A DNA stretch of 64,000 nucleotides from the human T2T-CHM13v2.0 reference genome, Homo sapiens (GCF_009914755.1 NC_060926.1); one strand, 5' to 3'. Shown: positions 1 to 14,184, counted from the stretch's first letter. Notes: a model not told the origin generated them from the letters alone. Translations and numbers: made by a program.

Positions 1-52
1 TATACGTGCCACATTTTCTTAATCCAGTCTATTATTGATGGACATTTGGGTT
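1..52 (-). mobile_element. L1PA 3' region fragment (continues outside the window)
   Basis: GTGCCACATTTTCTTAATCCAGTCTATTATTGATGGACATTTGGGTTG is the typical antisense L1PA ORF2-end sequence. Confidence 0.8.
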
Positions 53-289
53 GTAAAACCTACTCTTTCAAGTATTTTTTTATTTTAAAGAAGACAGATC
101 AATTTTTGAAATCAACTGATGAATTATGAATGTGAAAGTTCAGGAAAATAATATGGTACACATGAAAAGTAGATGCTATTTTTTGAAAGATGGTATTTCT
201 GGTTTTCTGATGGGTTTTGCACCAGAGACAAACTTTGTAACCTGCAGGAAACATTGAGACAGCTCTCACAGAAAGGAAAGGCAATATGT

Positions 290-472
290 AGGTTTTTCGA
301 AGAATTAAAAAATAAAACTACTATATGATCTAGCAATTCCTCTTCTGAGTATGTACCCAAAGGAAATATCTGAGATATCTGAGCTGCCATGTTCATTGCA
401 GCATTATTCACAGCAGCCAAGATATAGAAACAAATGTTTATCAATTAATGAATGCATAAAGTATTATATACA

Positions 473-510
<38 letters not shown>

Positions 511-995
511 GGAATATTATTCGACTTTAAAAAAGGATATATTGCCATTTGGAACAATATGGATGAACTTGGAGGATATTATACTATGTGAAATAAGTCA
601 CAGAAAGAAAAATATTGCATGATATCACTTATGTGTGGAATCTTAAAAAAGAAGTTGAGTACATAGAAACAGAGAGTGGACTAGTGGTTTGCAAGGGAGG
701 AAGAGGGGAAAGAAATGGGGAGATTTCAGTTTGATGGTACAAACTTGCAGTTATGTAGAATAGGTAAGTCTAGAGACCTAATGTAGAGTGGGAAGATTAT
801 AGTTAATAATGTTGTATTTTATATTTAAAATTTACTAAGCGAGTAGATTTGAGGTGCACTTCTCTATCTCCCCACCCGACCACACACAATGGTAGCAATG
901 CAAGGTAAATAATATGTTGTTTACTTGAGTAATTTTATTATGAATATGCATATCAAGACATCATGCTGTACAACATAAATGTATATATTACATTA
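290..995 (+). mobile_element. L1MA (L1MA8-10-like) 3' end
   Basis: ATATGATCTAGCAATTCCTCTTCTG, CATGTTCATTGCAGCATTATTCAC, AATGGAATATTATTC and GGATGAACTTGGAGGATATTAT, followed by an L1MA-type 3' UTR and an A-rich end. Confidence 0.85.
475..507. repeat. (TG)16 microsatellite inside the L1MA
   Basis: Direct reading. Confidence 0.97.
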
Positions 996-2122
996 AAAAA
1001 GAAAAGCACACAATGAAAATAATAATGAAAACGGCAATAATAGTAATTCTGAACTTAGATATGATTTCCACATTTTTGGTTTTCAAAACTTGAAATATCA
1101 CCTCTCTAGCTTTTAGATAAAAATGAAAATGAGAAGAAACTGAAGGAGCGAGAGTCCTTTTTAAAAATCCTGTTGTGGGTGTTAAGTACTTAATAGGCAT
1201 TATCTTACTTAATCTTTACAGTAACTTGTTTAATCTTCATAAAAATAGTAAATACTGTTTCTATCCAATTTAATAAATAGAGAAACTTGACCTGAACAAC
1301 TGGATCCTTCAAAATTTGTGACCAACAATATCTGGGTTCTAAAGTCAGTTCTTTTCACAGTTTTATTTTTACAAGAAGATGATTCTTGAAAAGGATTAAG
1401 AATGTGGCCTTATATAAGTAGACTAGACTTGTCTGGTCATATGTTCATATTTTTCTTACAAATATGAACAACAGCAAAAATTAATTCTGTATATTGTAGC
1501 AAATTCAAAACTTCAGTACCTGTTACTTTAGATATACAAATATGATAAAGAAAAATCTTTTCAAACTAACATAGTGGTCAATGTTTATGCTTTTCCTTAT
1601 GTAGACAGTTCTCGTTGCATCATTTATTTTGGAGTAGTGATGATGCAGAAGACAAAACATGCCTTTTCCTTCATGAGCTAGTAAAAGCTCCCAATTCTAT
1701 ACCTTAGGTTTTTAGTTTATTATAAATTTGAATTTGTATATAATATTCACCTATTTTTAATTACCAACCAGTTGCTAAGAAATAAAAATGTTTAGTTTTA
1801 TTTAGAAATAGATAATTTTGTTTCCTTCACTAGATATGGTCATCATTTGGTATTTTACAACAGATTTTTTTCCCTAGTCCTAACTCTGATAAATTTATTT
1901 GGTTGTTATTTTAAGTAGTTTTTACCTGATAAAAATATTTTAACAGCCTTCATCTAACATTTTGGTCTTGATATTTAAAAATATCATGCTTGGTTTCTGT
2001 AGTACACATATTATCCTGGCCATGTGGTGCTGCTTTATAAGTTATTTGCTTTGATTTCATGAAACTGAAATAAATAACTTCTCTTCTAAGTTGTAGTTTA
2101 TGTAGTGTATTAGAATAGTTAT

Positions 2123-2366
2123 TATTATAAACTGAATTGTATCTCATAAAAATTCATATGGTGAAGCCCTAACCCTCAGTACCTTAGAATGTGACTGTAT
2201 TTGTACCTTTAGAGAGGTAGTTAAGATTAAATGAGGCAAATGTGAGAGTGCACCCCTAATCCAATATGACTGGCGTCCTTATAAGAAGATGAAGAGATAC
2301 CAGGGACATGTGCACATGCACAGAGAATAGGTCACGTGAGGACACAGTGAGAAGGCAGTAATCTGA
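2123..2366 (+). mobile_element. MaLR LTR, MLT1B-like, 3'-truncated
   Basis: CTGAATTGT...AAAATTCATATG.TGAAG.CCTAACCC.CAGTACCT.AGAATGTGACTGTATTTG and CCCTAATCCAATATGACTGG.GTCCTTATAAGAAGA match the MLT1B 5' half. Confidence 0.8.
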
Positions 2367-3909
2367 GGCAGGTGCCTCACGTTGTTTCCAGGTACTTTAA
2401 AAAAGTTCATAACATTAAACAAGTTCTTTGATTATCAATATAACATTGACATGACATAATATCGTATGGTATCATAAATGCCTTTTCTTTTGAATTAAAA
2501 GATATTAAGACTCTACAGGTGAGAGCATTTTTTCTTCTGCCTCATTGTAGAATAAATACAGCTTCTCTCTTTAGAACCCTTTTGTACCAGTATCACCTGT
2601 TGATTTGGTAGTGAGGGACTTCCCTTGATATCTCTCAGATTCTGTTGAAGACAATTTCAGTTGCTAACTCAATCTTATATGTTTGTAACTGAAGCCACCC
2701 AAACCACCTCTTCCATCACTAAGCTTTTTCTTTCTACCTTTCTCTCAGGCTGCTTCGGGTGGAATGCATTTATCTTTCCATTGTGTTGTAATTCCTGTTT
2801 CCCAGTTATTGCTCATGATGTGCCTGTCAGTTGGTCCCACACATCTCTGCAGCAGAAAGCAGAGTGCCGACACAAGCCATTGCCCTGTCAGTCAGTGTCA
2901 TTGACCACTTTTAAGAACAGCCTCACTGCAGTTGTTGTGACTACAGGGAAAGGCTAATGATGCATTGCCAAGAATTTTTCTTAGAGAAAGCAATTACCTA
3001 GCTATAACGGCTTGAACAACAGCAACATGACCTTTGGTTATGACACTCTCTTTATTAATTTTTAATTACTTCTATGCAGATACCCAATAACATTGACAAG
3101 ATTTTATCTAGTAAATTTGTTTTTGTGCAACCCCTGGGTCGTAGGTAAAAAAAACTGCTGTAGCGAAATTTTAAAGGAGACGCTCATTATATATTTATAT
3201 TCATCACCATATTTTAATGATAAAGCATTATTTTTACATTAATTTTGCTGACTATTGACTACTTTTATTTTTGCCTTGGTTCTAACAGACATAAGAAAAT
3301 TATTATTGTGTAATAATAAAGGACATTAGACTCTTCTGAATACTTCAAAATATTGACAACGATGTCATGTCAATACGAGGATTGGATAAAAAGTCTAATT
3401 CATAGCGTTTGATTTCTTATTTTCATTTATTACTAGTACCATTTCTGGTTATCCTTCTTCTAGTCAAATTTATTTACTTCTTTGTACAAAAACATACAGT
3501 CTACATCTGATTAAAGCACAGAAGCTTAAGCTACTGGAACTTTTGGAGCCGAACATTCTGATATTTGATATATACTGGCCTTCTCACAGGCTACTCTTCC
3601 AGGATCAAGTAGACTTTAGCTCATAACATAGAGATTACTTTTATTTTTTTACCATTTAATTTTTGAAAATATATAGCTCAGCTGAATTAAAATATAGCAG
3701 GCAACATAGATTGGTGATATGTGTGTGTGTGCCTGCGTATACATGCCGAGAGAGAGAGACAGAGAAAGACACAACACAGAGAGAGGCAAATGTGTCTATC
3801 AACTTGTCATTATCTGTGGTGAAATTTTCTTTCATATTAATTGGCAGCATTTATATCGTCACATAATTGACAGTTCCTAATCAGTTTAATGATCTGTTTG
3901 TTGACTTAC

Positions 3910-4330
3910 TGTTTCAATTAGGAGGCCATAAATTGCAAACAACAGAGAACTCAACTTTAATTGACTTAAAAAATGAAGAAAATATTTGGTTAAGTGCATG
4001 TGTTAATGGACGGGGAAGGGCTCAGGCATGATTTCATGGAGAGGTTTACAGTATCCTGAGAGATCCAGCTCTGTATCTCTCTGTGCATCTTCTTACATTG
4101 GTTTATCTTCACGATAACTATATTAAAATGACTGCAGCAGGCCTAAGCTTCATATCTATATAAGACATCATCCAAAGAAAGAGAGCTTAGATGCAATCCT
4201 TCAATAATTCTGGGATTCACTGTTATTAAACAAGCTTAGGATGAATATTAAGGTCTGAACCCAATGACTGTGATGAAGGAAATGGGATGTACTGTGTCAA
4301 GGTCACATTTCTCACACTTGAAGCTTGGAG
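3910..4330 (-). mobile_element. Old MaLR (MLT1J/K-like) remnant
   Basis: Degenerate TTGCAAACAACAGAGAACTCAAC...GACTTAA start, AAAATGACTGCAGCAG and TCTGAACCCAATGACTGTG resemble antisense old MLT1 LTRs. Confidence 0.45.
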
Positions 4331-5980
4331 GATGCCCAGGTCACATTTTCCGCACCTGAAGCTGAGATGGAACCCAGTTTTCCTGAAAGCACTAGGATCT
4401 CTAAATAAAACCATCCTTTTCCTTTCAAAAGGATGAAAGGAAAGTGCATAATAAAGATATAATCAACAAAGATAGATTATAGATGCATTTTAAAAATCTG
4501 CATTGCCTGCTGTAACAAAAAAAGTCTGTAGTATTCAAACTGCCATCTTCCATTCTATAAGGAAGGATTGACATTATTCTAAAAGATATTTTAGCTATTC
4601 CTTGTTGGTGTCAGAGAGTGGGTGTCAAAGAGGAGTTCGGCAGGGTAACAGAATGAAGAAAAAGCTGGACAATTTCCCAGCTTTCCTGAGTCAGGTCTTC
4701 ACTGTATGGCTTCATTAATCTCTTTGAAGTAATTTCTCAGAACATCAGACACACATTCAAATGTTAGTACAAAAATACACTTCAAAGCCAAATGTGAATA
4801 CTTTTTTATACCATGTATCACTTTGGATTAACAATATCTTTTTGATAAGGTATACCTATTTCTCCAGGATTTATAGGCTTAGGAGAGATATTCAAAATAT
4901 TTAACAACTGCTATTTCATGAACTTCTGGCAATTATAATGTCCCCAGCAAAGCTGAAAGATGTATTGCCAGCTGATGTCACTAGCCTGTGAGTCGTGGTT
5001 GAATGACAGCCCTGGTTATGTCCTTCTGTAGGAAATCCTTGAGTTGTTATGGATAAGTCTTAAGGCCTAAAAAAAGTTATTTAAAAAACGCAAATCTAGT
5101 GTTGAAAGTGTCTGTCAAATGGTTTGATATTTGTGAGTAAAAGGTCCTCCTTTTGGCATTTTCTAGTTATTCTGGGGCTGCCTGCTTTCACCGTTGGTCT
5201 TTATTGTTGGTCCAAACTTGCTGTTCTTTAAATAGATGGTTCTCAAACATATTAGCTTTTTGACCTGTAAGAACAGATAAATTTTCCCATTACAAATTAT
5301 TCCTTTTACAGTCATAACAATTTTTTGTTGTGTTTCTCATCTGTTGCTTCTATATCAATCACTTTATTTTACCTTTTGGGAGAATGCATTTGCTGAAAGA
5401 AAGTCACCATGTCTTTGGTTGCCATCCACCAATTGTTTATCTGTACTTGCAGCCCTGTCAGATTCATAGATGAGTGGTTAAAGGGTCCATACCTGAGATC
5501 CACCAAGCCATAAGAGAATGTTGATTTTGTTGGGAAACTCAACAATTCTCGGAGAGGCACTGTTGATAATTTCTGGAAAACAATTGGTGACTACAGCTTT
5601 CCAGGCACCCAAAATTTCCTGATGGCATACTCACTGTTTTCAGATTCACCACAGAAGTAAAACCCTACAGTCAGTAAAACCAGTCCTTTTGATAGGTCAC
5701 ACAACATTTAGACATATTTCTCTGGTGCATCAAGAATAAATCATAACAGCCTATGGAGATCTATTAATATCTTAATCAAATAAACTTTTATCAAAATGAT
5801 TAGAGCTAGATTATTATTGACTTTAAGTATTACTAGCAAGGGCTTATTAATTGTGGCCGCCCTTAAATTCTGAAAAAAGAAAAAACAGAACGTTAAAAAA
5901 AAAAAACTGTCTGGAAGATTCTTTCTAAATGCTAGTCATCTCTTTTTTATTTCTCCTTTTCAGACCAGGCAACACACTAC

Positions 5981-6353
5981 TGCTATGCTTTGAATGTGTC
6001 CTCCAAATTTCATGTGTTAGAAACTTAACCCCCCAGTTCACATGTTGATGGCATTTGGAAGTGGGACCTTTGGAACGCAATTAGAATTAGATAAGGTCAT
6101 CAGGGTGGTGCCCCCATGATGGGACTGGTGGCTTTTCAAAAGAGAAAAAGAGACCTGAGCTGGCATGTACTTGCCCTCTCACCATGCGATGCCCTCTGCC
6201 ATGTTATGACACAGCAAGAAGGCCCTCACCAGATGCTGGCATCATGGTCTTGGACTTCCTAGCATCCAGAGCTGTGAGCTAAATAAACTTATTTTCTTTA
6301 CAAATTACCCAGTTTGCGGTATTCTATTATAGAGACAGAAAAGAGAGTAGGAT
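5981..6353 (+). mobile_element. MaLR LTR, MST/MLT1A-type solo LTR
   Basis: TGCTATGCTTTGAATGTGTCC start, GAAGGCCCTCACCAGATGC, TCTTGGACTTCCTAGC, AATAAA and AAATTACCCAGT...GGTATTCT.TTATAG. Confidence 0.88.
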
Positions 6354-6539
6354 TATTATTTTAAGTATAGTTAAAAGAGGCACATTTTACTTGTACTTTG
6401 AGTAAGTAAACACACACAAACTTTTTACACTGCAAAATCTTATATTTACTTCTGAATTCAGCCCTTATCTCATCTCTGTAATAATTCATAGTCCTTGCAA
6501 CCAGCATAAGTGTTATCAAAGAAGAGATTACTGAGTTTA

Positions 6540-7000
6540 TCACTTCAATGCTTACTGCCAAATTTATATTTGTATTCTAGACATACATATAAAATTTCTT
6601 GCATATCAAGCTCAAATGCCCAAAATGGAGTCAAAACTTGGTCCTCTTAACTGTTTCCTGTTTAGTAAATGCCAGCATCTCGTTGCCGTCATCTGTTGCT
6701 TTCGACACCTAGGAGTGAAGTCTGACCCTTCACTCTTTCTAATGCCAGCACCCGGACAATCAATTGATAATTTCCTGTCAGTTCCAACTCCTAATGTACC
6801 TCAAACCTGCCAACTTTTCATTCCTTACTGCTACTTTCCTGATCTAAGTCACTAAATCTTCTTATATCCACACCTGTCCCCTTCACTCAATTCATTCTCT
6901 CCCAGCTGCCATGATATGCATTTTAAAAAACTCAACCCTGGTAAGAACATTTAAAATTTAGTAGCTTTTAGTGATTTCCTATAGCTCTTAGGATTAAAAA
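6540..7000 (+). mobile_element. L2 fragment
   Basis: Degenerate L2 motifs: ACCTAGGAGT...TGACCCTTCACTCT, CAATCAATT...TCCTGTCAGTTC.AACTCCTAA and CCTATAGCTCTTAGGATTAAAA. Confidence 0.55.
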
Positions 7001-7384
7001 CAAAACAAAACAAACAAGAAAGCCATTGATCTTGAAATAAGGTTAAGATCAATGGTCCTGTATCATGGGTCCTCAGCACATAAGGTCCTGTATCTTGGAT
7101 TCTCAACCCTGGCTTCATATTATAAACATCTGGAATTCTTTTAGGGTATTCCCCTTGCCCCAAGGAAGACTGACATCACTTCCTCAGCTTTATTTCTAAT
7201 GTTCTGGAGAAACAGTCTGGTTGGCTTAACCAGACATACAGGTTAGAGTGGACAGGTAGAGGAATAAATGGGATGGGAGTTCCCAGAATATTATAGAGTG
7301 CTTGCAAACAAATCAATAGAAATTCCATAACCCAGCTTGGCAAGTGTTGGGACTAGAGTCATTATACAATTACTGCCATGGTTT

Positions 7385-7386
<2 letters not shown>

Positions 7387-7450
<64 letters not shown>

Positions 7451-7476
7451 TAGGCAGAGAGAGAGAGAGAGAGAGA
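7387..7476. repeat. (TG)30 followed by (GA)10 compound microsatellite
   Basis: Direct reading: TG run 7387-7447, GA run 7456-7476. Confidence 0.97.
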
Positions 7477-7514
7477 TCAGAAGGGCAGGAGCTGGGGATG
7501 GGAAGGAGGGGGCT

Positions 7515-7931
7515 TGGATAGATAGAGATTTACTTGAAGAAATGGACTCACATGATTGTGGAGGCTCGGTGAGTCCAAAATCCGATGGAGGAGATCAACA
7601 CATTGGATACTCGGGAAACAGTTGCAATTTAGTTCCAAAGTCAGTCCACTGGCAAGCCAAGAAGAGCCAATGTTGCAGATAAAGTCTAAAGGCAGCCTGC
7701 TAAAGAATTTCCTCTTGCTCATGAGAGGTCAGCCTTTTGTTCTATTTGGGCCTTCAGCTGATTGGATGAGGCTCATTCACGTTATGAAGGTCAATGTTCT
7801 TTGCTCAAAGTTCAGAAATTTAAGTGTAAATTTAGTTCAAAAACATCCTCATAGAAACATCCAAAAAATATCTGACCAAATATCTGAACACTGTGGCCCA
7901 GGCAAGTTGACACATAAAATTAACAGTCATA
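7515..7931 (-). mobile_element. ERVL LTR, MLT2 (C/D-like)
   Basis: The right end is the reverse complement of the MLT2 start (GGCCCAGGCAAGTTGACACATAAAATTAAC); internal GGCCTTCAGCTGATTGGATGAGG and GACTCACATGATTGTGGAGGCT. Confidence 0.85.
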
Positions 7932-8809
7932 CCCCATTTGTCCTCTTTCCTCCGTGTAGCCTTTAAATAGACTGTTATCTGTGAAGGCATATCAAGGTAT
8001 TTGTACAACTAACACAGATTGATGGAATCAGGACTTGCCTCTTTTAATAAGGGCAACGAATCATTTTCCACCTAGGAAAAGTTGAGAATAGTTTGTATTT
8101 GCTCTGAAAGAAACAAATCGTATAATAGATATAATCATTTCCTTGGAATGTTTGCTTTACTATATGCAGAGTCACAATCCATCTATCTGTTTTCTGTTGT
8201 CAGCATTGCCCTGGGTTCTCAAGGACTTAAATGTACATTTTCATTAAAAGTGAGAATATACTCCAAAAACAATGTTATATTACTGTTTATTTATTTATTA
8301 TTGTTGTTGTTGTTGTGTGGAATAGGGCATCATCCATAATGTTTGCTTGGAATGCCATTGGAAAAATAACCTTGCCTAAGCTGCTTTCACTTCCCTTGCA
8401 TAATATCTGAAATTTAATTAGAATAAAATTTTATACTTGGGTCATATGATATATTATCCTGAAGAATAAAGATACACACGAGAGGAAGCTGTCTTTATTA
8501 CCTTCATACAGTGAATTTGTGTATTTTTCTATAAAAGCATTTCCAAAGTCATTTTGTTAGAGCACTACTCATATCAAAAACTCATTCAGTAGGCAAAAAG
8601 TTCATTTCATATTTTATGCTACATTGCTTTTTTAAAGAGTCATAATATGCATTAAAGAATATTAATGATTTTGGGAAGTACTCCAGTTTAAAAAATGTTT
8701 TATTTATTTTCCAAAAATGCCTCAGACTTGTTTGTCTCTAAAGCCATAATTTTATATTACATTATTTAACATACTTGTTGCATATATTAGCAGATCCTCT
8801 CTTTAATGA

Positions 8810-9720
8810 TTAATTCATTCAACAATAGCCTTTTTTGAGCTCCTACACAGCTCTAGGCAATGTATTACACTCTGAGACATAAAACTATGAATAACGTAGA
8901 GTTTCTACTGTGAGAGAACCCACAGTTTGGAATTTTCAGACACATATATGGATAAATTGGAAAACTATGACCTAGATGTTTAAGAGAAGCCCAAACAGTA
9001 TGGTATAAGGGTTTGAGTTTACGTATTTGTCTTTTAGGTAAGCATGAGGTTAAAAGAAAAGTATTGTTTCAAAAACTAAACTCTTGCTGTGAGGAATGGA
9101 AACAAGAAGAGGTTTTAAAGCAGGATAGGGACAAGATCAATTAAAAATGCTTTCAGGAAGATAATTTGGCAGGAATCTGGTGGAGAGACTGTAGTGAGGA
9201 GGGCCTGGTGTGAGAAGGAACACATGGAAAGCTATTGCAATATTTCAGATAAGTGATCCTGAGTTTCTGAACTAAGGCATTTGCAGTGGAATTGAAGACA
9301 GGCCAGATTTGAGAGACATTCTGAGAAAGAACTGACAAGAGAAATTGACTTGTTGAATATGGGGAAGGGGGGTAGGAAGAAAGGGGTGTCAAAATATTAC
9401 TCTAAAAGTTCCACCTTATATTTCTACATGGATGTTAATTCCAATAACTTTGCAGGACAGGGAGGAAGGGACAATGATATATCCTAGAAAAGGAGGTATT
9501 GATTTCAGTTTTGAATCCACAGAGTTTGATATTCCTGTAATGAAAAAAGATGGGCATATCCAGTTAGAGATAGAAATATTGATATGGAACTCAAAAAAGA
9601 TCAGAATTGACAAAATTGATTTGGAGCTCATTAGCCTATAGATAATTAATTCTGGAGTGTGGCATCAAGAACATTAAGAGAGCATACAGAGGGAGGGAGA
9701 AACAGAAACAAGACAGGGAT
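8810..9720 (-). mobile_element. L2 (3' end plus body), degraded
   Basis: TTCATTCAACAA...TTGAGCTCCTAC (L2 tail), GGTTTTAAAGCAGG, GATTTGAGAGACATT and TTCAGTTTTGAA....GAGTTTGA. Confidence 0.7.
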
Positions 9721-10232
9721 CTGGCTAGGACTAACATGTATAGTACAAACTACAGAGGGGGAGCCCTTGAAGGAGACCAAGATAAAGCAATTCAAAAACA
9801 TGCAAGAGGAACAAGGAGAGAAATGGTATTCTGGATGATAGTGAAAAAAAGACTTTCAAGAAGTGCATTAAAGCATCCCTTAGTGAAGCACAGAGATTGT
9901 ATTTCCTTTCTCATTTTCTTTTGGAGTCTCTTCTGTTGCTGGTATCCTTAGAAGCTTTTCTTTAGAGATGTTAAATATGCATCAATTTACCAATTGCAAA
10001 TTGCAAAGCTGCAATTAAGCAATGCACCTTCTTTTTAATAGTTTCACTTCTCTAAATGTAAATATTTAACTATTGGCATTTATTCTGAGTAAAATCTCAC
10101 ATATACTTTTAAGCTAATGCCCTACTCCAATCCAAATTCAATTTTTCTGTCTCAGATAGGCATCACTTTAAAATGGTTCTGCCTCAACTGTTCTGTCGCA
10201 CATGTTTCACTTGTTCTGGCCCCAGTGACTAC

Positions 10233-10698
10233 TGTCAGGACCCATTGGGGGTAACCTATGACCAACTTCCCAATACAGGACTCCTGCCTCCTACTCTAAG
10301 GCTTCCCTTAGATGTAGAGAAGTGAGAGGTCACCATTTCTCTTTGTGTAACTGTAAGTGTTTGGCAGAGGTAGGGGTTTGGATTGATTAATCTCCTTGGG
10401 GCACATTGTTGACTAATCCGTGACAGACAGGGAGCCTAAAGATTAATTCTTCTGCTTTCTGACCCCAGGTGGAGTGTGGTGAGAAGCGGTTGCTTTTATG
10501 GCCTCTTAGAAAGTGGTCTTCCAAGGTGGAGCAGTCAGTCAACTCAGTCATTCATTCTTGCTCCCTCTGTTGGTTTTTCTCTTTCTTTGCCTTATTCCCC
10601 CTCCCTTCCCTCTTGCTGTCTTGGATTGTGCTTTTTAATAAAGGGGCATTGTATAAGTTTTTGCCTTAGGACTTGCATTCCATGGATCCAAACTTAAC
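10233..10698 (+). mobile_element. Probable old ERVL solo LTR (LTR33/LTR16-like)
   Basis: TG...CA termini; AATAAA followed by TTTTGCCTTAGGACTTGCATTCC...CCAAACTTAACA resembles ERVL LTR 3' ends. Confidence 0.45.
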
Positions 10699-10891
10699 AT
10701 CACTCATCAATAACAACAGCATCAACATTTATTAAGAACCCGTTCTTTTCTCACTAGTTTGTAATTTGTTTATACTATAATAGGTTATTAGGTGGTTTCT
10801 GGGTATGTAATCTGTTCAGCTGACATTTCTTTAGTTTGCTTATTACTGTTGTATAACACATTTTAATATCATACAGATCATTTCAGTCTAC

Positions 10892-11782
10892 AGAATAGAA
10901 AGGGGAAGAAAGCTTTCCTCAATCCACTTAGTGTCTCTGGGTAGGCCTGAAAGTAAAACTGAAAAAGTCATAGTAAAGAGAAAAGCATATACACTGATTT
11001 ATTAAAAGTTTTATGTGACACAAGAACATTTGGAAAGAAAGACTCAAAGACTCAGGGAAAAACATGTATTTGTATGCTAAGTTTGACAAAAGTCGTGAGA
11101 TATGGATAGTTATGAAGAAATAGGATTAGAGAAAAAAGGGTATGATTTAATGATAATAAAGGGGGTACTCAGCAGGATCTGTTTGTTCACACTTTTTTTT
11201 TTTTTTTTTTTTTTTTTTGAGACGGAGTCTCACTCTGTCACCCAGGCTGGAGTGCAGTGGCACGATCTCTGCTCACTGCAAGCTCCGCTCCCTGGTTCAC
11301 GCCATTCTCCTGCCTCAGACTCCCAAGTAGCTGGGACTACAGGCAACTGCCAACATACCTGGCTAATTTTTTGTATATTTAGTAGAGACGGGGTTTCACC
11401 ACGTTAGCCAGGATGTTCTCGATCTCCTGACCTCGTGATCCACCCGCCTCGGCCTCCCAACGTGCTGGGATTACAGGTGTGAGCCACCGCGCCCGGCTTG
11501 TTCAGACTTTTTCTACATCTCTGTGTGCCATTCCTTCCCCTTGGGTATGGCGCAGGACATCTGTCATATGAGGGTTTTCAGGAGATAAGAGACAGAGGAA
11601 GTCAGACAGTGACCTTTTTAGGTTTTATGGCTTGGTCAGGGTAGAAGAATTCTAGTTTCTGTGACCCACTTCAGAGGCCCTGGAGAGACACCTTCCTGCT
11701 TCTGTGGTTTTCTTATTTTTTTCAGTTTAAAACAGTATTCTAAAATGCCATAATTTAGGGTATTTTGTTCTGAGCCACGACT
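10892..11782 (-). mobile_element. ERV1 MER4-group-like LTR (MER34/MER39/LTR54-type) interrupted by an AluY
   Basis: The right end TGCCATAATTTAGGGTATTTTGTTCTGAGCCACGAC resembles the reverse complement of TGTTGGGGCTCAGAA...ATACCCCAAAATATGGC. Sequence is continuous across the Alu TSD. Subfamily uncertain. Confidence 0.55.
11193..11497 (-). mobile_element. AluY, full length
   Basis: Poly-T 11193-11218; AluY-type CACTGCAAGCTCCG and TTCACGCCATTCTCC; TSD TTGTTCA(C/G)ACTTT at 11183 and 11498. Confidence 0.95.
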
Positions 11783-11875
11783 ATTTTCCAAATGTTCTTA
11801 CTTCATCCCATCATATAGTGTTATCATTGTATTAACATTATCATATTGATTATTTATTAACATGATCAACATATG

Positions 11876-12223
11876 TGCCATGGTTTGAACGTGTCATCCA
11901 AAGTTTATATGTTGGAAACTTAATCCCTGATGCAACAGCGCTGGGAGGTAGATCTAATGGGAGGTGATTGAGTCATTAATCTATTAACATGCTTTGCCGT
12001 CACTAATGGATTAATGTTATCTCACGAGTGGGTTAGTTATCAGAAGAGTGGGTTTGTTGACCTCTCTTACCCATCCACCATCTGCCATGGGAGATGAAGC
12101 ACATAGGCCCTCACCAAATGCTGATGCCATGGTCTTGGATTTCTCAGCCAAATAAACTTCTATTGTTCATGAATTGCCAAATCTGTGGTACTCTATTATA
12201 GCAACACAAAGTGGGCTAAGACA
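11876..12223 (+). mobile_element. MaLR MST-type solo LTR with 5-bp TSD
   Basis: TGCCATGGTTTGAACGTGTC...TTATAGCAACACAAAGTGGGCTAAGACA; ATATG on both sides (11871-11875 and 12224-12228). Confidence 0.9.
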
Positions 12224-14183
12224 ATATGTGACCAATATAATGAGTATATGAATATAATGTGATAAATATATAAAGTGATCAATGAGTAATGTTATCATTA
12301 TATCTGTGTTTCATTCAGCATGGACCTCAAAAGCCATGAACGATGTGACAAAGTCCCTACACTTCTAAAATGAGGTGCTAGAAGTCTTTAAGACATACTC
12401 AGAGATTGTGAAATTGGCTCAGTCAACATTATTCCATTAGCCATTTCCAGCTGAATATAAGAAAACAAAGAATTATCTGAGATTAAAAATTCTGTAGTGA
12501 GAATTGCTTTGCAAACAGTTGACAGAATATGATATGACCTCCTCTCAACTGCCCATGGGAGGAAGAAGAAGAGAAAACCAAATGGAAAAAATTTCAAGAT
12601 AGTACTCTGGAGCTGTTAATGTGGTTCCACTGGAGCTTGAAGACCACTGAAACAAGGACTTGTATCACACTTGAAAAGTGTAAAGAGGAAGGGCTATGCC
12701 TGAGTAGAGTACTGAGGAAGCCTGGGGAAAGGGCTTTCATGTGGAGCAAGCTATGCTTGTTTGGGCAAAGCATTTTGGGTGATGCAGCTGGCTCTGAGCC
12801 TTTTCATAAAGGACCCCAAGGATTCTCTTGCATGGAGAGCAGGAGTTGGTACTGGCAAAGGTAGAAAGCCAAGGGCAGAGTCACAGGCAGCTAGCATGTC
12901 CCATCTGCAATTGAAGGGTAACATCAGGGAAATCTAAAGTACTCAAAGAAAAAAAAAAACCTATTCAAAATATTTTCAAAGTGGAAAATCTTCCATCAAA
13001 GAGGCTAATGCCTGTAAGGTTCAAGTCCTTTTAATTCTCTGCCACTTTATGAGTATGAGGGACCTAGATGTAGGCTCTGGTGCATGCTAGCAGCAGGGCA
13101 CATTAGAGCCACTCAGGGAGAAATAGGTGGCTCAAAGGGAGGCACTGCCTGAACCAGCACCTGATGGTTGCATCTGGAACACATCTGGGACACAGTTTTA
13201 TCTGCCCAAAGTTCCAGCTTTGATGAGTAAGATTGTCTTATTATATATGTGACTCCCTCTCCACGAAGACAAATCTAGTCCCATGAGCACTAGGTCAGGG
13301 CAGAAGCCAGCTCTCTGCCACCTCATGAACCCAGAGCACCTAGCTCCTATTGCCCCATCTGTCATCCACGTGGAGCCATAAACTTTAACAAACCAAGGCT
13401 ATGGCCTCTTAGCCATTACTAAGGAGAGCAACTCCCTGTGATTTAAAGATGGATTATCCATCTAACCAGTGCTGTCCTCAGTGATACTACAGTAATTTCT
13501 TATCTTTATTTCTTATCTTTGATTTTTTCCCTACCGAAGAAAGGGGGAAATCTACACATTCACTCTCTTGTTAGGCAACTGGGAGGGAAGGGCACCCACT
13601 ACATGTGAACTGCAGAGGACCATGGCTGTCTACTTAGCATAATGTGAAGTGACTGAAAAATTTCAAGAGGGGCAATGATAGGATGTGGCAATAAGTAAAG
13701 GAGGAATGTGAACATTTCTTTTCTTGAAACTTAAAAGAGTAAAGGCTACACAATCCTGTTCTATATTGCTAAGCTCCTTTTCATTGCCACTTGATCCCAA
13801 CATTTTATTTTTTAATTAATGTAACTTCTGCTGTCCATCACATTTTTTTTTAATCTTCTAGTGGTCACTCATTATTGTTAATGTATAAGTTGATGTCTAG
13901 TCCAGTAACAACCTTTTTTCTCTTTTTTCCTGCTTTGCCCGCTAAGGGAAGGGAATATACCACACAGAGAAGAAACTTCTGTATGCTTCCAGCTCTGTTA
14001 GTTCTCTTGGGTCCTGCCTGAGGAATTAAGTGTGGAGCTACCTTTACTGGGCATCACATGCTCCAGATGTGATAATATCCCCACCCCTTCTCTTACCATT
14101 CTGAAACTGAAAACAAGTGCATTCCATCACATAGCAGCTGGGCTAGGCATATTTTGGGTATCCCAAATGCTCAGACACCCAGG

Positions 14184-14184
<1 letters not shown>

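Noticed and set aside
7344-7966. 112-aa and 136-aa ORFs
   Set aside because: Derived from a (TG)n repeat and the MLT2 LTR.
11102-11407. ORFs with Alu-like peptides (also 16490-16828 and 45092-45344)
   Set aside because: Translations of antisense Alu elements.
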